Shown: one piece after another, positions 34,313 to 46,131 of the stretch | Numbering within the stretch: position 1 is the stretch's first letter | Layout of the letters: the number at the start of each line of letters is the position of its first letter | Source of the DNA: Amphiscolops sp. MND2022 | Lineage: Eukaryota | Reading direction: 5' to 3' | Length of the DNA: 64,000 bases | Assembly: GCA_964187785.1 (NCBI GenBank) | Contig: OZ076415.1 | Location: 13,454,001 to 13,518,000, forward strand | Program-made: the position numbers and the translations under genes | The notes under the pieces: model-generated | Database searches by the model: none | The model's input: only the letters and a program-made list of their open reading frames with translations | What the model was told of the DNA's origin: nothing

Positions 34313-37300
34313 AAAGTTACTGTTCTCTACCCAAAAACTTTATGCAGTAAAATTTCCTAAAAAATGTAGGACTGAGTATTCAAATCTTTTCGTGTTAGCG
34401 GTTTGAAAAGATCATATTTGAAGGTTCTATGCTTGCTTGGGATGAAATGAGAGTTATTTAGTATGTGAAACCTGTTTTCCTAGATGACTGAGAGTTGCTA
34501 TCATTACTTAAAAGATCAGAAACTAGGTTGACAATTTGAAGAGTCAATCATATTGGACTGAATAAACTCGTTGAGATGGTAAAACTTTCATGAGATTTTA
34601 TCACTTTTGTCAGTAAATTTCTGTGAAATACTCTGTTAATACCACTGGAAACTAAAGAAATCCTCTCTGGCCTCTGGAGTTAAACAGGACTCACTTGTGT
34701 TGGTTACTCTTAACGTCCAGGAATTTTCTCCAGTTGAAAAAGTTCCACCTGTTCACTTTTTTGACGGGTTGTGATTTCCTGTGGTTTCTTCCAAGCTATT
34801 TTTTTCTTTCTTTTTTCTAGTTTTATGCTTCTATATGTTTTTTGAACTTACAGTTATCACAATTACAGGCTATGTGAGATTATCAAAAATTTATTATTAT
34901 CACATTGGAGAGGCAGGCAACAAAAATAGAAATCCATGAGTTTTTCCCTGATTTGACGTTTTTTATCAACAAACTTTAAAAAATCTTGGGCAATTGCAGC
35001 TGTCATGTATTGATTTTAATATCGTTGCTATGTCAATTATAGTAAACTTCTCTGATGCTCTTCTGGAATTCTTGGTATATTCGTTCCAACAAACTCAACA
35101 GTTTTTTACCATACTTCGGAAACTGTCACTCAGTTCTTCGGTTTGACTTATTTGATCAAAAAAGGAGTGTTTAAAGCTTTGCTTTTTGTAAAAGCTCTTC
35201 CGAATGCTTTTTCGCTTCCCAGTTTTTTTTCTTCGGGAGAACACTAAGAAGTTGAATTAGTTGAAGTTCAACCACTCAGTAGAAGTTAGTTTTGAGCTTC
35301 GCAAATCCAATTCATCATAATTCAACTTCCATGCTGCATCTTGTGCTCTGTAAAGTTCGACGAAATGAAAGTAAAAAAAGGTTTTGTTCTTTTTTTGGAA
35401 TCTAATGGAGTGATATTCAAACATCCACAAAAGTGTATTTTGTTGTCGAAATGTTGCTGTATCCCTTTTTACAAAATAGAAAGAAGTTGCTGCTTTGGAC
35501 GTGGTTTTATTTGCTGTGTTATTCACAAGGTTTTTCAATCAGGTCGTTCAAAATTTTTTGGGTTGAACATAACTTCAAGATAATCATTTTCAATGGATAA
35601 ACCACCACAACAATGAAGTAGATTATTCGGTTCAATAGGTAAAACAATGATAACATTTTTTTTGAAAACATATTGCTAGAACTTTTTATTTCGAAAGTTG
35701 TCGAAAAGAAATTATGGAATTTTTTTCATCTTTTATATCATGAGTTTTTCATATGTTTCAAGCATTTACCAGTCTTTGTCGGTCAGTCCAAAGTCAGCCA
35801 ATTGTTGTTCGGTTAAACGAGTTGCTGTAAAAGGTTAAAGCGGTGTTAGCTCTTCAGTGATTTTAAAAGATGTATACTGTATAACTTCTGAACCTGGTAC
35901 TCTTTGATCCATTTTTCTGGGAACATTAGAGTTGGCATCAAATACGAAGGATTAGTTTTTTTGTAATTTTTAATATATGAGATTTGGAGAGTTTTCCCTG
36001 ATCTGAAAGAATAGTTTAATAATATAAGTTCATAATTAAAATTTTGAAACTGATCGAAAAGACCGAGCAAAAACAACAAATATAGTGAGAAACACAATTG
36101 ATATAACGTTTCTGCTTTTACGACATAAAATGCTGCCTTGGATTTCGAGTAATTCTTCCCGTCAAAAATAAAAGATTTCCATCAGTTAATACATAAATTC
36201 CTGAGTAGAACACTATTTGAAAAGACTCATTTTCATTTGTTATTTCAACACAGTTTACTGACCAATTCTTTTCAAAAGTTAATGTTTCAATACGCATTTT
36301 TGCTAAATTTTCGAAATCGTTTCTGGTTACTATTTAAGATTTTAAAACACGTTTACCGTCTACTGTATTTTGCAGTTAAATAACCAAGTTCACGAAGTTG
36401 TTTACCGGTTGAACGATTTTGGAGGGTGTTAGTGTTTGTGAGGTTTTTTTCACTGTGTTAAAGGCTTCCAGAAATTTTACTCCAAATATCTACTTTTCTC
36501 CGAAATTTAGGGTTGTATTTAACGAAAAAACATAATTGTTTGTTTGTTCATCACATTCTTCCTCCTGATTTTTAGAAAATTTTTCCTTTTACTAGATGAA
36601 ATTTTGAAATCAAAAGTGAAACATATAACAGTGAGCAGCACATTGAGAATCTTTTGATAATGTTTTGATCATTTTTCAGATAATTTGGTAAACTGTGCAT
36701 GGTAACGGTGGACATAAGAAATCTATTTGTTTTGTTGCTTCTTTTTAGGATGTGAGTCAATAACAAAACCATTATGGTTGAAAACTCATTTTTTGAAAGA
36801 AAACTTCTGACACAGTCACTTTCGGTTAAGGCCCTCACATTACTTGTGGTAAGTACACGTTCCGTCTTTGAAAACAAAGCCGTTTTCACTGAAAAAATTT
36901 CCAAAATGTTTGACCTCTGTGGTTCGACATCTTCGGAAAATCCAAAAACGAATCTATTTGATAACTAGAAGCGACTAAAAGTCAAAGTGTTTTTCAATTG
37001 TCAGTGGACAACATCTCGGTTCAGATACAATGTCTTCTCTTACTCTGATTCTTCAAGGTCTTTTCAACAATGAAGAACATGCATCTTTGTTGACTCGTTC
37101 AATCAGAAATTTTTTTTAAACCCAACAAAATTGATTCAACATTGCAAAAGTCAGGTCAAGTGCTAATAATTATCGTTAAGGATAGCCAGAAACAACAATT
37201 CCAACTCTTTTAAGTTTGTTTCAGCAAAAATGGTATTCTCTTTTCGTTTTGAAGCTTCTGGAATTTTCCAACAAACCTTAAGAAAGAACTGAAATAAAAC

Positions 37301-37714
37301 TTCTACAAATCACTAGATCCCTCCTGATGGGGTATTAGAAGGAAGGTTATTCACCAGACGTAACAATCGTTCCTCTTGAAAGAGAACAATAACTTGAATC
37401 TTGAAATCTTGTAAAAGTTTCCAATATTACTTTCAAAACGCTGGCAAAAAAGTCGGAGCTGCTTGCATTTTACATAACTAATCATTTGGAAAATCAGACT
37501 ATCAGCCACGTTGTTGTTTCAGTCAGCGCAGTTCAAAGGAAATGTTCCCGACTACGGAAATGTTTGTTCTTCTAAATTTAGATTCTTCAAAAATTAAACT
37601 GAAAACCAGTAGCAGGCACACTTACCGAGCAAACAACCGGTCGGTTCCATGCCTGCTTAGGACTAGACATCGGTTTGCAAAACCTAAAAGTGTCAGTGGG
37701 CCACTTTAGTTTTT
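34313..37714 (-). repeat. Right arm of the 3.3-kb inverted repeat
   Basis: Mirror of the left arm. Shared translated remnants such as KT(A/V)EFV.T..P.IPE.HQ.S and YMTAAIA.DF.KFV. Confidence 0.9.
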
Positions 37715-40149
37715 TCTCGGCACTGTGCGACTATTTTTCCAAACAAATATCACGAACTATCACGACTCCCCTTTTGAAGATTTTGGCCACTCTGAGTTTA
37801 ATTACCAGATCTCCAAAGCCTACTTGGGTATAGTGAATAGATGAAGACATTTTTGACCTTCAAGAAAAGTTTTAAAAAACAGGTTTTTAAAGTTCGGCTT
37901 TTTTGATACTTTTCCAAAAGTAATACACAGTCAGAATCTAATTCTTTGAAACTTGGATCCAAGAAATTTTGAATGTGATGAAACCAAAAGCAGCCCGGCA
38001 CTTTTTTATTCAACACTGTGAAATCTTTTTCAGTAACCATTTATTTATGAGAAATACTCTTCTTGCAGCAATTCATCAACATTTTTCACTTTTTCTTGGA
38101 CAATTGTCAAATGTTGCAGGTCACATTGTTATGTTACTCGGTGTAAAAATATGGCTTAATGTTGAAGTAGGGATATTTTTGTTAGTTGGTGATTGGAAAG
38201 ACAACGACTGTTATCCATTACGCAATGTAACTTTAGACAATTTTTATCCATTGAAATCATGCGTCAGTAAAAGTTACTAGCATCAAAAGAAAGTATCAAG
38301 AAGCACATTCAATTCAACGTTGGTAAATGAAAGCACTTTTTATTGATTACATTTCCGTTCATTCCGGTTGCGTTCTCTTTCCATTTCTAAAGAACCACTC
38401 CTTCCATTTTCTATTATTTTCTAGCACGCAAATGTAAAAAGAACTTTACTTTTATTGCTTGAAACAGCAAAAAAGTTTTCCAGGCTCGTGTTTTCAAGGT
38501 TGTGTAATTTTGTTTCGGTTTCTAGTCGCTCCTCCGTGAGTGAGAATTTTTGACATTCGGCCACGTCATCGTGTTGCAATCATGACGTTGTTTTGGAGTC
38601 CGCGTTTTGACAATATTTGGTTACCCCCCCCCGCCTATAATGCCACGTACTTCTACAACTGAGTTTCAGTTATGTGATCAGAGCCAACATCAGTTAAGTG
38701 ATTGTATTGGCACCTTGGCTGAGGGTTATCAGTAATTTCAACAGTGAATGTGTTACTGAACTACGTTATCCTCGTTTTCTTTATTTGTTTCTCGGCTGAT
38801 CATACTTTGGACTAAAAAGAAAAATGGTTCCAAGCTGACCATATATGCAGTTATGGAAAAATTATATGCAAATTTGGACAATATGAATTTGCCTGCAGGA
38901 TTCTTCAAAGATCGTTGCACTGAAGAAACTCACCGATCTGGAGAACTTTTACAGAAGTATGCCAACTTGCACTTACTTTGAAGATTTTTGCTTGAGGTCT
39001 TCCAGCAGCTTTCAAAGAACCTTTGTACTGCCTTTTTGGACATATTCAATTACTTCTCTGTCATGCCAGCATGATGTACATATAGTTCGATTTTAAATAT
39101 AAGTATATTGACACTGCCAACCAACTGTAAACTTAGTGTAAACAACCTGCCACCCTTTTTCCCCCAGAACTAACGGAAGACTGTCAAAGCTCACACTGCG
39201 ACACCATCTAACTGAACAATTGGCCACTGTCTCAAGAGTCTCCTGAATCGATGTGCATGTTTGTTGTAGAACTGGAAATAACCCTTGCAAATCAGAATGA
39301 CGATGCCAGAAAAGTTATGAAAAAAGAAAAAAACGATGGAAGAAAAAACAATGAAATTAGTACGACCAGTGAGACAGCAGCAAGCTGAGCCTCAAAACTG
39401 ACTCATTTTTTATCTACATCTCTTTTCCAACGCCTGAGAGATGCAGTCGATGATGCATCCATATATTGATGCAACGTGATGCAAGTTTTCCATCACTTGT
39501 ACAACACTCAATCGGTTAACTCAGTTGCTAACAATGTGTTGATTGAAGCCTACCAATGACGCAGTTAAAACCAATGCCCCATTCAGGTACTCCTTACTTA
39601 CTGCAAAGTAATCTTACTTGCTGGTTCTAAATACCACACAATCTGAAGTGCGCTGGATGATTTCCATCGCTTGGACATCAAGTAATGCAACCAATTTACC
39701 TTTGTTAACTAAACTGGGAGAAAGAAGAAAGTATTCTACTGTCTACATGGCGTCTTTTGATTTTAACCACTTGAACATCATCATTTTTATATCGTTTGCT
39801 GACATTAGCCATATTGCAGTAATTCAAGTATGATAATCATCCAACGTGAGACCTCATTATTTTGACGTTAATTGATTTTAATAGAAACTCAGCGCCCAAT
39901 TTGGGTTGGCAAATCCAGAAGACGACAAGGTAATCAATCACATGGTCAAAAAAATCTTGCACGTTTGTTGGAAACTCAATGAGAGTGCAGGGCTGTAAGA
40001 AAAACGTCTTACCACCAATCAACAAAAAGCTACCAACGAACGACAATTCTGAAGTTTGATTGTCACTGTCTAGCAGCCATCGCAAATTTATTTTTCAACA
40101 TTTTTAGAATCACACTGCCTAACTCAATTTTCTGCCTGCAAAATCTAGA

Positions 40150-43100
40150 AACAAAGATTGCAGAAGCCCCATACCATACTTCTCAAAACACATGTCTCAA
40201 CATTCGGAGGAGCAAAGGACAAAGTTAATGATTTTGAGCATCTCTTGCTGTCCGACTTCAAACCACTTACGCCAACACGGAGGAAGACAAAAGCCACTTC
40301 TTCCAAAGACTATTGCCTGACGAAGCCATTGTTATTGGCAAACGATCTTTGAAACACCACAACAGTAAAGGATGTCCTATTGATGTTCCGGTAAGAATTA
40401 CGCAAAGAGACATGCGTGAAGTTGCAGAGGACGTCAATAAAATCGTCAAACAATCGTATGGCGGAGAAAATCCCGAAACAATCAAGTACCTCATTGGACA
40501 AGTACCCTACCAGAGAAAGAACAATGAGAAAAACAACGAGAACAGATGACACTTGAAATGACAGCAGAGTTCTTTGAACAAACTTGAAGCATAAATTACA
40601 AACGACAAAGTGTCCCCTGATGAAAAACAGAATTTTCGACTTCTGGGCGCCATAATTTCGACCCGTGTCTCATCAAAATGCGCACACCATTTCCTACTCA
40701 AAAACTACTCAAACAGAACACGTCTGACACAAACATCACAAAAAGACCTGACAGGGTTATATCAACTCTAAGAAAGCAGACGAAAGCTAACCTAAAAAAA
40801 CGATAATCAACCGATGAAGCTGATGACGTTCAATAACAAGAGGCGAATAACTCCTTTGAAAGAGTCTATCAAAGAAACGATGACCTGGCAAGACGCAGTA
40901 ACCAGGCATGCGAATGATACCAAAGAGATAACCCTTCATCTGGCGACAACGGGACGAGGACTTCGAACTCCAAACAACTCTTCAAAGCCGTTGAGCATTC
41001 GTAAACATGTATCACTCTGTATATTTTGAGCCCCACAATACATCTAAACAAAAAGGATAAAATAAAGATGTTCTCCTTGACCTCATTGTCTTCTGTGTCC
41101 TCGAAAACCATTCAGCAACCCCCCCCCCCAACCACAAGACAACAAATCAACGGAAAATTCAAAACCGGCTTAATTGATATGTATTCAAGCTGCTGCACCA
41201 TCATTGTTCGCCGCCACCAGGTGTTAATTCAGGTCAACAAGCACACTTACACGCTTGAAACAAACATCACCTTTGCAAATTTCCGAAATCCATCAGCTTA
41301 CCAGGCAGCCAACATCACCAGCGCAGTGGAGCACGCAAAGGTGGTCACAGAACCACGACCAACTTTTTGTGATTCCTGATAGGAAGTCAATTTAATTATA
41401 ACCGACACAAGAGACGTGCCGTGAACTTGATAAACTTGATCAAATGAAGCGATTTCTATGAAATTCAGGTACTACGACAAAATGAAATGGTTGATCCGGC
41501 ACGCTCCCACGGCGAAAGAATCGAGCTCCTGCTGAACTTCAAGTAGGACAAATCACTTCTACATCCGTGTCAACAAGCTTGGGTAGAGACGTTGCAAGTA
41601 ACATACATATCCAATTTTCCTAAACATCGTTTAGACAATGAGTTTGAAGTGAAATTAACACAAAATTAGGACGAACCCATTTAATCTCAAAATGTCTCTA
41701 CTCATTTCCCCGGTACTCCTTGTAGAGTTAGCACTAACGCGGGAATACGGAATTAGAAACACTCTTCCTCACAGCAAATACTAGTCCCCCATTTTTGCCC
41801 AACGTAAATCAATTGTTATATTTAGTATTTTAGTTTACTTGAAACGAATCAACCACTTGGTGAAAAGTGACTACGGAGAACACTACCAACCCGTTACATC
41901 TGTTTCAGATGTTTTTTTTGGAAACTTGATTGTTTCCAGACCTATCACTGCATCCCAGACAGTTAATGTCGTTTAACTTTAGCTCATGTACCTTCGCTTT
42001 TCTTAGACTAGCTCAAATATTTAACCGTTCTCTCTCAGCATCTTCAGATTTAGTCTCGGATTATTGGTCAAAGCGGACCGCGTTGCCCAGTACGTTGGTG
42101 ATAAAGGCATAGTCGCTAACACGCTTGATGAAATAATTGAAAATTAAGTCTTGGTTTTTCAGCACTTGTCATAAGCTGGACTGAAACTCAGCATGAATAA
42201 TTGTGAATTTGGCCAACAGAACACTGATCACTTAGGCAGAAGTATCTCAATTGCAGGTATCGCCCCAATTGAATACCGTGTAACGGATGATGTGCAGATG
42301 CTCAAATTCCCCAATGCAGTCAAAGCACTCCTGAATTTCACGACTGGCGAGAAAACAGCTGTCCCCCATGAAATACCTTAAAGCTCAAAGATCACTACCA
42401 TTATCTGTAAGGACGCAACAAATGTGTAACTTTAGAAATTATCAAAAAGTTTGCTCAAATCAAATAAACTGTCACCGAAAGCTCAACTTCCGGATAAACC
42501 AGCAATCATCATGTGTGACGCGAGTGATCACGGAGCTGGCTACATCCTTTTAATGGATGATTACTGTGAAGCAAACTCGGGTAAAGAACAATGCATGCCC
42601 CAGTTGCTTTCGGCTCTAAGAAGCTCTTGGATGGCCAGATGTCCGTCACCATGTACGCCAAAAATTTTCATCAATGCACATTTATCTTGATGAATTCGAG
42701 GACATTTATGGGGTGGAGAAAACCTACAGACATCATGACAGGCAAAAAAGCACTCACGAACTCAATTTTTTCAGGCCAAAGATATACCACTGTCACTTTA
42801 GAATTTTTGTGACAAGACACTTCTAATCAATTTTCTATTAGCATATGTACCAGGTGTGGAAAATCTCGCAGAAACATATCTATCCAATTCGGAAATGGGT
42901 CCTAAAGAGTATTTACATTCGAAAATGACTAATTTTGTTCCAGTTCACCGCGCAGAAGCCGATATACCCTCAAATGCGCTGAAACAGGAAGACGATGAAA
43001 ATGACTACTTCCCACCAGGCGACTCATTGAGGCATAGGTTTAAGATGGCAAACCGATGAACTCAACTACCCTTTCTGAAGAGCACATGGACTATGGGAAA

Positions 43101-44990
43101 CCGATGACGACAACCATCACGTGAACTGACGATGGCAAACCGAAGTTTGCAGACACTACGCAAATGGCCTCTGAGGATATATCAACCCAACAACCCCATA
43201 TCTACCAACTGATGCCTCACGCACAGTCCCCGATATACACCAGATTCATCGCTGTCGCATCGTTACCTAAACCCGTATTGAGTGAGGTTAGTCTCTCAGG
43301 GATTACATCTTACTTTGTGCCAAAAAAGATAGTGACATACAACTGATGATAAATTTTTTCTCTGGTGATATTCCTTTAATCACCCTCTGAACTTAATGTG
43401 AACATTTTTTCCAAAATTCCAGTAAGAACCCAAAACGCCATTACAACGTGAACGCAATTTTGTATCGTATTGTTTACGACCAGACTTTGAGTCCCAAAGG
43501 CAACTTGTTTCCGGTGAAGTAGAGAAGGGCATTTTCAAGACACTGCACATCAGTCCGGTCATTACAATACATTTGCCGCAAAAGTGGAAATTATCATGAA
43601 TAGTAAAGTGTATTTTCCGAAAACGAGAGTGAGCCGTATTCTAGTCAAACAGTCCTTCGTGTTCACGAAGTATTATGATGCACAGTGTAATCAAAAGTTG
43701 CGAATTGTGATCATTGAGAGTCTTTAGAGAAAAGTGGAAAACAGTCAAGTATTTTCGATCTGAAATCCGTAGCGCCAATAAAGTGTAAATGAGTCAATGT
43801 TTGACAGGAATTGAGTTTTTGAGTACGTGAAATTTTTATTCCTTGAAAACGGGGAAATTGAACGAAATTTGACTACTTTACAACAAACAAACAGTACATC
43901 CTATTGCCTTCTTATTTGGAAAAACGCTTCACCTTGTAATTGCAGTCGGTATTTAGTTTGACTGTTTTACACTAGTTAGAATAATTTACAGCATGTGATA
44001 CTTACATTTGACTGTTTTCCCCAAATGATTGTTTTCCAAAATACACGGTGCATGGACAACCTGGCTCCACAGAGAAGCTATACAATTTTGTGAACAAAAT
44101 ATCACCACCATTGCAGACACTCTAGGACCAGTGCAATGGTCCTGAGTATATGTTAGAGGTAAAGATCGTTGCACCACTACCTGCATTCAGCGAACACAAC
44201 CACATCCTAACCGCTACAAACATTTTCTCTATTTGCTGGACCGTTTAGACAACCTGACACATTATCGATCGTACTTGCACTACTGCCAATTTTAACAAAA
44301 CATTTGTACGTTCCGACCCAGTTCATAACCGACAACGGATCCGCCAGTACTGATCAACTGTTCGAACAAAAACTTACCAAAGCCGCCGGCATTAAAATCA
44401 CACATTGAACAAATAAACATGCACAAATCAAGTTCATGGTCGACAGAAGTCAAGCAAAATTTAAAAGATTTTTAAAAAAACAAGTGGATGGAGACAGACT
44501 ACAAAGGTAGCGCTATGTCGCCCATAACACCACATATCACGCTTCTCTGAATAGTTGCCCATCAAAGTTTTGCACACAATACTCCAACCCTGCAAAAAGA
44601 AATGACACCAATTTCGGGGAACTTAACAAAACACTGGACCAAATGAAAAAACTTTTTCATGACAACACTAAAAACAATGTCGCTGCGTACCAAAAGTACA
44701 AAGCGTATTTTGACCAAAATGCTAGAGCTCAACCTCTCAAAGTTAAAGACTCCGTCTTGCTGTTTTATCCCAAATACTACCCTCCGGAATAAAGGGAGGT
44801 AAAACAGTACAACATTCCACTGGAAAGGGCCGTTCAAAGTGCTTTCCGACAGTAACAGCATTGTTAGGAAGGTTCGAACGTTGAAAACACAATGTGTGCA
44901 ACGAATACCAATACAAGTATTCAAACTGGAATTTCTAATAGACAACATGGAAAGAGAAAGTTCTATTTGACATCTATCATTTAAGTGCAA
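40150..44990 (+). mobile_element. Degenerate Ty3/gypsy internal region D (different lineage; LTRs not found)
   Basis: PR-like LIDMYSSC (~41170); RT PIFAQRK and SFNF..CTFAFLRLAQ; YVGD at 42091-42102; RH IIMCDASDHGAGYILL and APVAFGSKK; INT YVPTQFITDNGSA (44328-44339); WKGPFKV at 44821-44841. Confidence 0.88.
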
Positions 44991-46050
44991 TCAATACACT
45001 GGGAAAAAGATTAAACAAAAACCAATCAATGGTGCTACAAGGTTTCAGGTGTCATTACAGTGCATCTGCAAGCTTTTTCTGAGCGTTTTGCGGTAATCAG
45101 GACACGAAATCTCGGAAAATGAGATGACTGCACTGAATTCATTCCGCTTTGATGTCGACTGCCTTAGCTTCCTTAGAAGTTGATATCCAACGGTTGATGC
45201 TAGAGGCCTAAATTTTTTGTTGCATGACATTTCGTGCGGAAAAAGCGACAGTATCAAACTGATCACTAAATGCTGTTTTTATTTCCATATATCAAAAGAA
45301 AACACGACAATCGCTCAAATTTACTCCTAAATTTGAAGTTTCAACCCTTGAATCAAAAGCCTTTTGAAAGCTCTTTTGAAGCAAATTTTCTCCGGAAAAA
45401 GTTGATAACTTGAAAATTTTCCAGGAAAAAAATGGAAATTCTCCAATTCACTGACGACATTTTTCTCAACATTTTTCTTCTATCGAATTTTTGACTGTTG
45501 GTCATGATAAGGAGTTGACAGTTGATAAATTCATTGGACGCATGGCTGCAAGGAAGTCACTGCGATTTTGGTTGAGTAATTTTTTTCAGAATGAATCGTA
45601 TGAATTTTCAAATTTTCAACAGGAGAAGTCTTTCAAACAAATGCAATAGTTTTTTATTTAAAGGTGCATACTTAGCTCACGGAATGAAGAGTCAAGAGCA
45701 TTCGGTGATCTTTCGGGTGTTAGGCCATCTGAAACGAAATGTGTTGAAAAAAACACATAGATGAAACGCGCCAAATTAGTTCCTCATAACCGTTCCAATG
45801 TGTTGCTACCTATTGAAACAAAAGTCATAAAGTGTTAGGTTTATACTTTTAAATTCAACGTTTAAACGTTGATTTTCGCACCACCAAAATGCGTTTTCAA
45901 GATTTCACAAAAGTTGTGCACTCCAAACAAATTGGCAGTGCCGGAAACGTGATTGAAGAATTCACACACTAATATTGGCAAAGCAAAACTGAAATTTTCA
46001 AGTAATAAGGAAGAAACGTGAATGCTTTTGGAACACTTTATCGGACTTAC

Positions 46051-46131
46051 CCATTTTGAGCTTTGTCGGCGATTCCGGTTCTTCTTCTTCTTCTTCACCT
46101 TGTCTTTCTTCGATTGCTCCCACATCCCGTT
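46051..46131 (-). CDS. Candidate host-gene exon (first in window); 5' boundary uncertain, may be 5' UTR plus start codon
   Basis: Perfect donor AAAATGG|gtaagt. Either an 81-bp phase 1-1 exon (RDVGAIEERQGEEEEEEPESPTKLKM) after a cag| acceptor, or a first exon with ATG in CAAAATGG context. Contains a (GAA)n run. Confidence 0.55.

Noticed and set aside
39300-39510. Minus-strand PBS (TGGTCGTAC) and LTR of a further element
   Set aside because: No second LTR copy and no convincing gag/pol motifs adjacent; cannot be supported.
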